From the NCBI GenBank assembly GCA_050246755.1, contig JBFWVL010000001.1:960001-1024000 (forward strand): a stretch of 64,000 nucleotides of DNA, written 5' to 3'. The stretch comes from Bacteriovoracia bacterium (lineage in GTDB: Bacteria > Bdellovibrionota > UBA1018 > CAIPTA01). A program made the translations under genes and the position numbers. Under the pieces are notes generated by a model, which had not been told where the DNA came from, ran no database searches, and worked only from the letters and a program-made list of their open reading frames with translations. Below, piece after piece: positions 9,023 to 18,031 of this stretch. Within the stretch, counting starts at the first letter, position 1, and the number at the start of each line of letters is the position of its first letter.

Positions 9023-9295
9023 TTATTTGACGGCTTTCTTGAATTCCCGGCCAGGCCGAAACTTCGGAATGCTATGCGCGGGAATTTTAAGCTCGTTCCC
9101 CGTCTGCGGGTTTCGGCCTTTGCGAGCCTTGCGCTTCGCCTTAAAAAAACTGCCAAAACCTACCAGAGTAACTACTTCTCCCTTTTTTACCGACTTCTTG
9201 ATGATTTCCATCGTGCTATTCAGCAACGATTCGGCTTGATTCTTAGAAATGGGATGCTCCTTAACGAGCTGGTCTACGATTTCAGCTTTATTCAT
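9023..9295 (-). CDS. hup: DNA-binding protein HU
   Basis: MNKAEIVD...GFGSF...RKGRNPQTG...PKFRPG. Confidence 0.95.
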   Translation of the reverse strand: MNKAEIVDQLVKEHPISKNQAESLLNSTMEIIKKSVKKGEVVTLVGFGSFFKAKRKARKGRNPQTGNELKIPAHSIPKFRPGREFKKAVK

Positions 9296-9362
9296 TGTTC
9301 AAATCCTCAATTGAGTCCCTGAGAACGGCCACTGGCGCGGATCTTGGAGATTTCTAATTTTT

Positions 9363-10718
9363 TCAGACGCTATCAGGAATAGGTTTTGCGTCAAGTGCTT
9401 TCCCGTAATGGGAAATTTTTTTCTCGAGCCATTTTTCGGGCCTAGAACTGGATTCCAGCCACCAAGCCTCCCCGCGAAATAGAAATTCCCATTCTCTTAG
9501 CCAATCGGGAAGAAAATTGCCTTTTTTACTTCGGCATCGGTCGCATTTTCCGCAAGGTTGCTGCTTCATCCCGAGCCGCTCCGCTACCGCCACTTTGCGG
9601 CATGCCCCTTTCACCCAAGCCCTCCATAGAGACGCAAAACGCTCTCTCTGCACAGAGTCCATGGATCGCATGCGCGCTAGCTCACTTCTTCGCCAGAACG
9701 CCACGCCGTACGCCTCATGGCCATTCCGGCCGGCTCGGCCCACTTCCTGCCAATACGACTCTAAATCATGCGGAAGCGAAAAATGCAGAACTCGATCTAC
9801 CCACGGATAATCAATTCCCATTCCGAAAGCCGACGTGGCACATACGATCCTTAGCGCACCCGCCCGAAAGGCCCGCGATCGCTCTCTTCTCACCATGTTT
9901 GGCAGGCCCGCATGGTACGTCGCGGCCGGGAATCCAGCCGAGGCGAGCCACTGCCCCACTTCGTCGCATTCTTTCTGGCTAGCGCAATATATCAGCGCGC
10001 TTTTCGGCGCCTCAAGATTGCGGAGGAAAGAAGTCAGTAAGAGCCAACGCCAATGCTCCCCTTCAATTGGAATAACCAGTAAAGACAAGTTTTCTCTGGC
10101 GAGGGCTCCTTCCACCCGCAAATGTTGGTCGCAAAACTCGTTCATCCATGCGCTGCTCTCGGATTCACGAAAACTAGCCGAAAGTCCGAGTAAAGCTGTA
10201 CCGCCGCCCACCATCCTGCGAATCGGCGCAAACACCTCCTGGTAACCTTCGCGGAAACGGCGCCAATCCTCGAAACAATGCATTTCGTCGAGTACGAGCA
10301 GATCGGGTTTCAAGCCCCTCTCCTCCAGTTTCGCTACTGTCCCGTTTTCCCACCAGATACCTAGCCGCTCCGGAGAAAGGAAAAGAACTTCCCACTTACC
10401 GTACAGCGCGGTTTCCATGGAGTCTTTCTCCATTCCCGAATGAATTGCCGTCGCCCTTAATCCAAGACTTTTGCAGGCGGCCACTTGATCTTCCATCAAC
10501 GAAATAAGCGGGCTCACCACCCATAACCGCCAGCCCCAGGCGGCCGCGGGAAGGCTGTAACAAAGAGATTTTCCGTAGCCAGTGGGCAACGAAGCAAACA
10601 CATTTTGGCCTTGGGCCAAACCTATGAGTACTTCACGCTGGTGCGGCTTAAGTTCGACATGGGGAAGAATAGCGGAGAGCTTCTCTTCTGCGTCAGACAG
10701 CATTTGCGCGAGATTCAT
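9363..10718 (-). CDS. Short RecQ-family helicase (Zn-binding subdomain, no winged-helix/HRDC)
   Basis: LPTGYGKSLCY, VSPLISLMEDQV, SPERL, DEMH, YHAG, ATSAFGMGID, QEVGRAGR, CR...CGKCDRC. Confidence 0.88.
   Translation of the reverse strand: MNLAQMLSDAEEKLSAILPHVELKPHQREVLIGLAQGQNVFASLPTGYGKSLCYSLPAAAWGWRLWVVSPLISLMEDQVAACKSLGLRATAIHSGMEKDSMETALYGKWEVLFLSPERLGIWWENGTVAKLEERGLKPDLLVLDEMHCFEDWRRFREGYQEVFAPIRRMVGGGTALLGLSASFRESESSAWMNEFCDQHLRVEGALARENLSLLVIPIEGEHWRWLLLTSFLRNLEAPKSALIYCASQKECDEVGQWLASAGFPAATYHAGLPNMVRRERSRAFRAGALRIVCATSAFGMGIDYPWVDRVLHFSLPHDLESYWQEVGRAGRNGHEAYGVAFWRRSELARMRSMDSVQRERFASLWRAWVKGACRKVAVAERLGMKQQPCGKCDRCRSKKGNFLPDWLREWEFLFRGEAWWLESSSRPEKWLEKKISHYGKALDAKPIPDSV
9367..9394 (-). 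promoter_or_regulatory. Putative sigma70 promoter for hup
   Basis: TTGACG-N16-TAGCGT with TG extension, inside the 3' end of the recQ-like gene. Confidence 0.4.
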
Positions 10719-10729
10719 ACTGGCGCCAG

Positions 10730-10745
10730 TGCAAGCGGGTGGCCA
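10730..10745 (-). promoter_or_regulatory. Putative sigma54 (-24/-12) promoter of the recQ-like gene
   Basis: TGGCCACCCGCTTGCA matches GG-N10-GC with TGGC and TTGC intact. Confidence 0.55.
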
Positions 10746-10767
10746 GTAACCTGACTTAAAAATTCAT

Positions 10768-11757
10768 CTAGGGAGTAGTCTGCGGTTGAGCTTTTGGACT
10801 GGCCAGATAGAAAAATATACCCGTGAGATTTAATAATATCTGAATCGTTACCAGCATCGTAAAGATCTCTGCCCCCATCGAAGAACCTGCTAGCTTGAAT
10901 AATGCGGCAAAGGCTACGTGGCCCACGCCGAGGCCCGAAGGTGCCACCGGCACGGCCGTGGTCAAAAGGCCAATCGGTACCAGCAAAAAATACTGGTAGA
11001 AGGCTATGCTGTTTTCCCCTAGGGCGTGCGAGCAGAAAATCACCACCGCAACGATAAAAAGATGAGTACAAATCGAAAGCAACAGCGCCTGGACCAAAAT
11101 TGCCGGGTGCTCACGGTAATTTAGCCAAGCATCATAGGCCTGCAACAAAACCTTGCCGGGCCTTGAGCGATTAAGAACTTCCATTTTTACGCGTAGCCTT
11201 GCGATCGGCCCCCATGCGGCCAAAAGCATGTATAGGTAAAAAAATACGACCCCACAAAAAAGCAAAAGTACGATCGCGGCCAAATGAGCAAGCTGAGGAA
11301 CCGCCCATACGTGACTCCACTGAAGTAAAATTGGCGAAGCGCTCACGATCACTAAGCCAAATACACCCATTATCCGATCGAGAAGAATAGAGGTTAATAC
11401 CGGAGTTTTCTTTTGGTCTTTATGATCGCCCAGAACATACCAGGCCTTAATTAAATCCCCGCTTACCGCTCCAGGCATAGTGGTGTTGAAAAATGCGCCG
11501 ATCATACTGTAGCGAACCAACTGCCCCAAGGTAAATTCGATTCCTTGTCCACGCATTAAGAGCCCCCAGCGATACACCGAGGTAACTAACGCGAAAAAAA
11601 CCAAAGCGCAGGAGGCTAGTAGCATCGCCGAGTGCGAAAACCCGCGCTTCACCACCTCTAAATCGAGGCGGCCGGAATAAACCATGTAACCGAGGATCGC
11701 GAAAGCGAATCCGAATTTAGCGATAATCTTTATCGTGGAAAAAAAATTAGCGCGCAT
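10768..11757 (-). CDS. UPF0104 / lysylphosphatidylglycerol synthase TM-domain (flippase-like) protein
   Basis: RWGLLM, FFNTTMPGAVSGD, DRIMG, PVAPSGLGV; multiple TM helices. Confidence 0.85.
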   Translation of the reverse strand: MRANFFSTIKIIAKFGFAFAILGYMVYSGRLDLEVVKRGFSHSAMLLASCALVFFALVTSVYRWGLLMRGQGIEFTLGQLVRYSMIGAFFNTTMPGAVSGDLIKAWYVLGDHKDQKKTPVLTSILLDRIMGVFGLVIVSASPILLQWSHVWAVPQLAHLAAIVLLLFCGVVFFYLYMLLAAWGPIARLRVKMEVLNRSRPGKVLLQAYDAWLNYREHPAILVQALLLSICTHLFIVAVVIFCSHALGENSIAFYQYFLLVPIGLLTTAVPVAPSGLGVGHVAFAALFKLAGSSMGAEIFTMLVTIQILLNLTGIFFYLASPKAQPQTTP

Positions 11758-12467
11758 TAGCGACCCGGCCAAATATGGCGGAGGAAATTCCGAAAAATCG
11801 TTTTCCCCACATTTGGATCATAAACTTTTTCCGCCTTATCACGATTAATCACGACGGATCCGGGCACGTTTGCCAAGCGCCGATCCAGTCCACGATTCCC
11901 CGCCTCCAGATCGCGTTCGGGATGAAACTGAATGCCCCACATGGGCACACCCTCCACGTCAAAGGCTTGCACCTGGCAGGCGCCGCTTGAGGCCGTAACC
12001 TTGAAGCCTTTGGGTAACTTGTAAACTTCGTCGCTATGAAATTCGAAACTATGAAATTTATTGGGTAACCCCTCGAGAATCGCGCTCTTCTCTTTCATTT
12101 CAATTTCTTGCCAGCCATGCTCCGACTGCTTGGCGGCACCAGTATATTCTTCCCCACCGAGCGCTCGGGCGATGAGTTGCTCGCCGTAGCAAATACCGAG
12201 GGTGGGGATCTTCAGTTCGTGCAATTTTTTAATCGCCCCAATCTCAAGATCGATCCAGGGAGCATTTTCATAGATTCTCGTTTTGGAACCAGATAGAACG
12301 GCACCCGAGAATTGCTCCAAATTCTCCGGAATCTGGCTTTCGGGCCCACGCACAGCCACGATTTCGGCCCCGCCGAACTCCGCCGCGCCTTCTTGCAATA
12401 ACCGGCAAATCTCCGGGCTCCCGTGGGGGGGATCGAAAGTATTATCGATGACGAGAATTTTTTTCAA
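11757..12467 (-). CDS. Type 1 glutamine amidotransferase (GMP-synthase-like)
   Basis: LGICYGEQ nucleophile and QFHPE triad. Confidence 0.88.
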   Translation of the reverse strand: MKKILVIDNTFDPPHGSPEICRLLQEGAAEFGGAEIVAVRGPESQIPENLEQFSGAVLSGSKTRIYENAPWIDLEIGAIKKLHELKIPTLGICYGEQLIARALGGEEYTGAAKQSEHGWQEIEMKEKSAILEGLPNKFHSFEFHSDEVYKLPKGFKVTASSGACQVQAFDVEGVPMWGIQFHPERDLEAGNRGLDRRLANVPGSVVINRDKAEKVYDPNVGKTIFRNFLRHIWPGR

Positions 12468-13221
12468 ATCTCAACTCCACGTATTTCATGAACAAAGAAT
12501 GCGCCGCATTTATAGATATCACGAGGCCGGGAAAGCCATCAAGAAAGCCGCGCTTCCAAACGTAAGTCTCAAGAAATTTTCCCACGGGCTTGAGCAAGAT
12601 ACGAAGGATAGTGCCGCTTTCCCCCCTCGCCGCCGCAGCCGCCGCGCCGAGACGAGAGAAACGCACATTCGTGATTACTTGATCTCCCACGTCGCGGAAG
12701 GTGTAGTGAAAAAGGTCGGCCCCGAACCGGTGAATATTTCCCTGTACCGAAAGGGCCTCGTGCACGGGCGGCTCTGTCCAGCGGCCAAATTTGCGATTTG
12801 CTAAACGCACTAGCCGATTGGGGTACCAGCCTCCGTGAAGAATCCAACGGCCGAGAAACCAGGTTCTGCGGGGCATATCCGCCCCCCAAAACTGCTGAGC
12901 CCCTACTTTCCCGTTGGCGTTCACGAATTCCACAATTTCTTGCTGAAGCTCTGGGCTCAGCTCTTCGTCGGCATCAAGAAAAAGAACCCAGGGTTCGCGC
13001 GCCTGCGCGAGCGCCCAATTTTTTTGTTGGCCATAACCTTCCCACGTGTGGCGCAGCACAACAGCCCCTTCGGCGGCCGCTATTTCGCAGGTTCTATCGG
13101 TAGATCCAGCGTCCACCACTACACGCTCCGCCGCGAAATTTACGCTGCGCAAACAACGAGCGATATTATGCTCTTCATTGAGAGTGATGATAATCGCGCA
13201 GAGGGGTGGACGGGCAGCCAT
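12442..13221 (-). CDS. GT2 LPS glycosyltransferase (WaaE/KdtX-like)
   Basis: IITLNEE, DAGSTDRT, QKNWAL, LDADE, VHE, GFLDG. Confidence 0.88.
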   Translation of the reverse strand: MAARPPLCAIIITLNEEHNIARCLRSVNFAAERVVVDAGSTDRTCEIAAAEGAVVLRHTWEGYGQQKNWALAQAREPWVLFLDADEELSPELQQEIVEFVNANGKVGAQQFWGADMPRRTWFLGRWILHGGWYPNRLVRLANRKFGRWTEPPVHEALSVQGNIHRFGADLFHYTFRDVGDQVITNVRFSRLGAAAAAARGESGTILRILLKPVGKFLETYVWKRGFLDGFPGLVISINAAHSLFMKYVELRFEKNSRHR

Positions 13222-13299
13222 CCCCTCCAGTATAACTGAGATTGCACAAGACTTAGCGCGAAAAACTTTCCTTGTTTTTGGCGCGTTGGAAAGGATTCC

Positions 13300-14619
13300 A
13301 TGAAAGTAGCAATCGTAGGCACGGGTTATGTTGGCTTAGTGGCCGGAACCTGCTTTGCCGAAACCGGAAATAACGTAATTTGCGTAGATATCGATCCCGC
13401 TAAGGTAGCCAAACTGCAGAGTGGCGAGCCGACGATTTTTGAGCCGGGCCTGCAGGAGCTGATGCGTAAAAATCAAGAAGAGGGTCGGCTTCTCTTTACT
13501 ACCGATTTGAAAAAGGCCGTGGCCGAGTGCGCGGTGATTTTCTTGGCCGTGGGCACCCCCTCTTCCGAGGATGGTTCCGCCGATCTCACGGTGGTGCTAA
13601 AGGTGGCCGGCGACATCGGTGCCGCCATGACCGCACCTAGAATTATCGTAAACAAGTCTACGGTTCCCGTGGGCACCGCCAAGAAAGTGACCGACCTCAT
13701 CGCGAGTAAAACCAAACACGCCTTTAGCGTGGTTTCCAATCCTGAGTTCCTTAAAGAAGGCTCGGCAATCGACGATTTCCTTAAACCCGATCGCGTGGTT
13801 ATCGGCACGGAAAATGAAGAGACCTGGAACGTGATGCGTGAGCTCTATGAGCCCTTTGTCCGCCAAGGAAATCCAATTATCCGCATGACGAACCTTTCTG
13901 CAGAAATGACGAAGTACGCCGCCAACGCGATGCTCGCTACGAAAATTTCCTTTATTAACGAGATCGCTCTCCTGTGCGACAAAATCGGCGCCGACGTGGA
14001 CAGCGTGCGGGCGGGAATTACCAGCGACGTACGCATCGGCAAACATTTCCTCTATCCAGGACCCGGTTACGGCGGCTCCTGCTTCCCGAAAGACGTTAAG
14101 GCCTTATTAAAAACCGGCTCTCAAGTTGGCTTACCCATGCACGTAGTGAGTGGAGCAGAAAAAGCCAACGATCGCCAAAAACAGGTGCTTGGGCATAAAA
14201 TCGAAAAGCATTTCAGTGGCTCCCTTAAAGGCAAAGTAATTGCCATTTGGGGCCTTGCATTCAAGCCCAATACCGACGATATGCGGGAAGCACCGGCGCT
14301 CGTGCTGGTGGATAGCTTGCTTAAGGCCGGCGCGATTATACAAGCGTTCGACCCCATTGCCCACGAAACCGCCCCTATCGCCCTAAGAGAACAGGGTACC
14401 AACCTCGAGAATTTTCGCCTGGTCGAATCCGCCTACGCGGCCCTCGAAAAGGCCGACGCCCTGGCCATAGTTACGGAATGGAATGAATTCCGCACGCCGG
14501 ATTTCGAAAGAGTAAAATCTCTGCTGAAAAATCCTATAGTGTTCGACGGCAGAAATATCTGGAAGCCCGAAACCGCTAAAAAGCATGGCCTTACTTATTT
14601 TGGAATGGGACGGGCTTAG
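13300..14619 (+). CDS. ugd: UDP-glucose 6-dehydrogenase
   Basis: GTGYVG, KSTVPVGT, NPEFLKEG, GYGGSCFPKD, FKPNTDDMRE. Confidence 0.95.
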   Translation: MKVAIVGTGYVGLVAGTCFAETGNNVICVDIDPAKVAKLQSGEPTIFEPGLQELMRKNQEEGRLLFTTDLKKAVAECAVIFLAVGTPSSEDGSADLTVVLKVAGDIGAAMTAPRIIVNKSTVPVGTAKKVTDLIASKTKHAFSVVSNPEFLKEGSAIDDFLKPDRVVIGTENEETWNVMRELYEPFVRQGNPIIRMTNLSAEMTKYAANAMLATKISFINEIALLCDKIGADVDSVRAGITSDVRIGKHFLYPGPGYGGSCFPKDVKALLKTGSQVGLPMHVVSGAEKANDRQKQVLGHKIEKHFSGSLKGKVIAIWGLAFKPNTDDMREAPALVLVDSLLKAGAIIQAFDPIAHETAPIALREQGTNLENFRLVESAYAALEKADALAIVTEWNEFRTPDFERVKSLLKNPIVFDGRNIWKPETAKKHGLTYFGMGRA

Positions 14620-15133
14620 CCGCCGGGGCATTCGCCAGCCCCTCTTTTAAAATCACTTCAAGATCTATCTCAAGGGGCCCCTCTACATAAGAAGCGTCCG
14701 TTTTTCCCACCGAAATCGGCATCGCCAAGATTCTGCGAACGCAAACCGCCTCACCCGGTTTTGCACAAATGTAAAAAACCGCGCGCATTTCATATTTTCC
14801 AGCTTCATGCAGAGGCCCTACCAGCACTTCGCGCTCGGTGAGCTCGCGGTAGCCTAAGTTGATTTTGGGCTCGAAACTGCCATCTATTTTCCGTAGGCCC
14901 ACTTGAAGCTGCGTCGGAAATCCTGGGACTAAAAAGTAGCCCGGCTCCTGCAAATATTTTAGTCGTACGCTGCCGTCCACCGGCAATTTCGCTTCCGACC
15001 TAGCTTCCTGCGAATCCAAAAATTTTGGGGCGAAGGTGCGTTTTAGAATATTAGTCATTACCAAAACCGAGAGGCCAATCAACAAGCCCCCGAGATAGGT
15101 TGGAAATCGCCGTTTAAATTCTGGACTCATCAC
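14591..15133 (-). CDS. Membrane-anchored hypothetical protein with C-x7-C (DsbD-N/Ig-like?)
   Basis: N-terminal TM helix; FYICAKPGEAVC; start overlaps the upstream stop. Confidence 0.6.
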   Translation of the reverse strand: MMSPEFKRRFPTYLGGLLIGLSVLVMTNILKRTFAPKFLDSQEARSEAKLPVDGSVRLKYLQEPGYFLVPGFPTQLQVGLRKIDGSFEPKINLGYRELTEREVLVGPLHEAGKYEMRAVFYICAKPGEAVCVRRILAMPISVGKTDASYVEGPLEIDLEVILKEGLANAPAAKPVPFQNK

Positions 15134-15858
15134 TAAGAACTGATGCGCATGCCGGCAACACGCATCATGGCCTCTACTACGATGCGCTTGGACATTTTAG
15201 ATTTACCGCGAGTGCGATCTTCAAAAATAATGGGGAACTCCACCAGCTTGAAGCCCTTCTTCCAGGCCCGCCATTTGAGCTCAATTTGAAACGCGTAACC
15301 TTCCGAACGGAGGGCACTGATATCAACTGCCTCGAGCACTTCCCGCCTCCAGGCGTTATACCCACCGGTCATATCGTTCACCGGCATGCCAAGAATCGTC
15401 TGGGCGTAAATACTACCGCCACGGCTAATTAACTTACGGCTAAATCCCCAGTTACGAATGCCTCCGCCGGAAACATAGCGCGAGCCCATCACTACGTCGT
15501 GGTCTTTCAATAAACGCCAGAATTCGGGAAGGTAAGTTGGATTATGGGAAAAATCGGCGTCCATTTCACAAAAGGCATCAAACCCTTTATCCAGGCCCCA
15601 AGCAAATCCGGCCACGTAGGCCTTGCCCAGGCCATTTTTTTCTTGGCGATGCAAAACATGAATGCGGGATTCTTTTTTTGCTAATTCATCGGCCAGGGCA
15701 CCGGTGCCATCGGGGGAATTATCGTCCACCACGAGCACGTTCACCTCTTTGATGCCGTAAAGATGCGCCTTGGAGTCCACTACATGGAATACGGATTCCG
15801 TCATTCCAGTTAGGTTTTGGATTTCATTGTAGGTCGGAATGATAATCAGGAACTTCAA
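15133..15858 (-). CDS. Polyprenol monophosphomannose synthase-like GT2 (Ppm1/DPM1)
   Basis: IIPTYNE, VDDNSPDGTG, MDADFSH, GSRYV, GYAFQIE, GKSKMS. Confidence 0.92.
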   Translation of the reverse strand: MKFLIIIPTYNEIQNLTGMTESVFHVVDSKAHLYGIKEVNVLVVDDNSPDGTGALADELAKKESRIHVLHRQEKNGLGKAYVAGFAWGLDKGFDAFCEMDADFSHNPTYLPEFWRLLKDHDVVMGSRYVSGGGIRNWGFSRKLISRGGSIYAQTILGMPVNDMTGGYNAWRREVLEAVDISALRSEGYAFQIELKWRAWKKGFKLVEFPIIFEDRTRGKSKMSKRIVVEAMMRVAGMRISS

Positions 15859-15901
15859 GGCGCTCGAGCTTTCCGCAGTATTTTACTGCCGCACTAACGA
15901 T

Positions 15902-16336
15902 CTAAAACGGAATCTCGTCTTCGGTGAACGAACTCTCCGTTACAGCGGGAGCTTCGTGCATTTCGGGCTGAGAATCCGAAGCTTGCGCTCCAGAGGTTGC
16001 TTGTGCGGATGGCCCGCCAAGGAACTGAATAGTGGCAGCTACGATTTCCGTCGTATACTTTTTGTTGCCATCTTTATCGTCCCAAGAACGAGTTTGCAGG
16101 CGGCCTTCTACGAAACACTGACGGCCCTTGGCGAGATATTTCTCACAAAGTTCTGCCAATTTTCCCCAAACCACCACGCGGTGCCACTCCGTGCGCTCCT
16201 GACGTTGGCCATTTTTATCATTCCAATTCTCGGAAGTGGCCAAGTTGAAGTTTGCTACGGCAGTGCCAGTGTTGGTGTATCGAATTTCGGGATTGTTACC
16301 TAGGCGACCGATAAGAAGTACTTTATTCACAGACAT
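15902..16336 (-). CDS. ssb: Single-stranded DNA-binding protein
   Basis: [18 protein letters not shown], acidic C-terminal EDEIPF. Confidence 0.97.
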   Translation of the reverse strand: MSVNKVLLIGRLGNNPEIRYTNTGTAVANFNLATSENWNDKNGQRQERTEWHRVVVWGKLAELCEKYLAKGRQCFVEGRLQTRSWDDKDGNKKYTTEIVAATIQFLGGPSAQATSGAQASDSQPEMHEAPAVTESSFTEDEIPF

Positions 16337-16417
16337 ATTACCCTCTCTCTCCCACAGGGAGATAACTAACGTACGATATAACTACAGGGATTTATTTATC
16401 GGTTCTGTAGAATCGAG

Positions 16418-16906
16418 TCAAGGAGAGGGAGCGGCAGAAGCGTTGTTTGTTTTCTTCGCGTCAGTAGAACTAACCGCGCCCGAATCTGCTGCCGGCGTTT
16501 TGTTGATGGCCTTGGTTGAGTAATTTTTTAATTTCAGGCCTTCAAAAAGATTTTCAGCTTCAATGCGCTGTTCCCAATGTTTGCGCAGTGCCTTACGAGC
16601 CTTGTGAACGTCTTGCTTATATAGAAAAGGATCAAACCCGCAACTCTCGCAAACCAAGGCATGACGCTTACGCATGCGATAAGCCACTTCGAATGAGAGC
16701 CAAAAGAAAAAATAAAGACTAAGGCCCTTCCAATCGAAAATCGGCCAAGCGAGGTACGTGATGGTGAGAGTGAGCACTAGTAAGGAAAGATGATGCTTTG
16801 CCTTCATCTTATCGATCGTGTTGGTGCTCTGATGGTAATGGCAAAGGGGACAGAAAAAATGTAGCTTCCCGGCACGCGTGAACTGAAATTGGTCTTTAGA
16901 CGCCAT
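16418..16906 (-). CDS. Membrane protein with two CxxC motifs flanking a TM hairpin
   Basis: CPLC, two TM helices, then CESC; GGAGG SD before ATG 16906. Confidence 0.7.
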   Translation of the reverse strand: MASKDQFQFTRAGKLHFFCPLCHYHQSTNTIDKMKAKHHLSLLVLTLTITYLAWPIFDWKGLSLYFFFWLSFEVAYRMRKRHALVCESCGFDPFLYKQDVHKARKALRKHWEQRIEAENLFEGLKLKNYSTKAINKTPAADSGAVSSTDAKKTNNASAAPSP

Positions 16907-17003
16907 CCTTAGCCTCCCCCTATTTATTGTACTAAAACCTAGGCCACAATCCACCAGGCGTTTTTGTTTGGCCATTTCCCCCAAGGATTCCTACAATTTA
17001 CCT

Positions 17004-17579
17004 ATGCTAAAAAAGCTCGCCTTAACCTTATTCTCCATTGGCCTGCTAGGAACCTCCTCCGCGGCTTATGCCGAGTTTGGTGGTCATGTGGGGGCCCACC
17101 TAGGCATTGGTAATGAAGGAGGCGGTGGTCAGCCGGTAGGCAATACCAGCATTGGGACCCTTGACCTGCATCTAATGCCGGGTTTTCGCCTCTTCGGAAA
17201 ATCCCTTATGCCGGGCGTCTTAATGAACCTGCGCTTCCTGAGTCAGTTAGCAGGAAGCAACCGGCCGGGAAAAGAATTAAGCGGCTCAGGGTCTCTATTT
17301 GGGCTAGCCCTTGTCTACGAGTTCGATGTTTTTAAAATTCTCGCGTCCTATGACTTCCGGGCGCGACACGCTCATTCGAATCCCGACTCCACCTTTAAGG
17401 GATCAGGATACACCCTTCTATTTGGGTATAAGACCCTGCCAGACTTCTACGTGGATCTTGAGTTCAATAGCACCAGCTACTCGAGCCGCGAGGTGGCAGG
17501 AATAGTTCAAACATTCGATAAGCCCGCTTTACCCCTTGCCCATTGGAATTTGGCTTTGGGCCTCTCTTATAGCTTTTAG
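17004..17579 (+). CDS. Small outer-membrane beta-barrel protein
   Basis: Signal peptide ending AYA, alternating beta pattern, C-terminal LGLSYSF. Confidence 0.75.
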   Translation: MLKKLALTLFSIGLLGTSSAAYAEFGGHVGAHLGIGNEGGGGQPVGNTSIGTLDLHLMPGFRLFGKSLMPGVLMNLRFLSQLAGSNRPGKELSGSGSLFGLALVYEFDVFKILASYDFRARHAHSNPDSTFKGSGYTLLFGYKTLPDFYVDLEFNSTSYSSREVAGIVQTFDKPALPLAHWNLALGLSYSF

Positions 17580-17751
17580 CGTCGTTTATGCCGTTTTAGC
17601 CACAAATAGCTTCCTAATTTGCCCCAAATTGACCGCTCCTCGCGAAAAAAATTCTCTCCCCTATACTAAGAAAAGCTTTTCTAGGGCCGAAAGCTCATGC
17701 ACTACAAAGAAAAATGTAACCCATTGAAACCAATGAAGTAAATGACGCGGA

Positions 17752-17865
17752 CCGGCCCCTCCTAGTTTCACTAGGGGGGCGGTTAGGTAGGTGGTAGTAG
17801 CGGTGGAAGTAGCAGAGTTATTGTGAACTATCAGCAGCAGCGTCAACATACGTACAACGTGAACA
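17752..17865 (-). ncRNA. Candidate sigma54-dependent small RNA
   Basis: Downstream of a -24/-12 box and IHF site, between convergent genes; CUAC-rich repeats followed by a GC-rich hairpin. Confidence 0.4.
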
Positions 17866-17876
17866 CCAACTACTTT

Positions 17877-17920
17877 ACAAGGTCTATGCCAAAGCCGGCG
17901 AAAGAGCTAAGTGACTGATT
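17877..17920 (-). promoter_or_regulatory. Sigma54-like promoter with IHF site
   Basis: TGGCATAGACCTTGT (17891-17877, one mismatch at -12) and AATCAGTCACTTA (17920-17908), matching WATCAR-N4-TTR. Confidence 0.55.
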
Positions 17921-18031
17921 AGATAGCGCAAGCTGATGGCATGATGCGCCAAAAAAGGCCCGGCGAAAGCGACACCGGTAACGATTTGACTCTGAAAGTT
18001 GCGTGTAAATTTTTCCGAAGGGGCAAAAACC

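Noticed and set aside
8877-9239. 120-aa plus-strand ORF
   Set aside because: It is antisense to tRNA-Leu and hup
10715-11071. 118-aa ORF that might suggest a frameshift fusion into recQ
   Set aside because: It is an alternate frame of the UPF0104 gene; both flanking genes are complete and no slippery site was seen
17785-17815. Short repeats as a CRISPR array
   Set aside because: Only two adjacent 12-mers, with no spacers and no cas genes
17661-17849. Leu/Ile/Val- and Thr-rich ORF as an amino-acid attenuator leader peptide
   Set aside because: No biosynthetic operon lies downstream (the next gene is convergent), there is no SD, and the ORF reads through the hairpin
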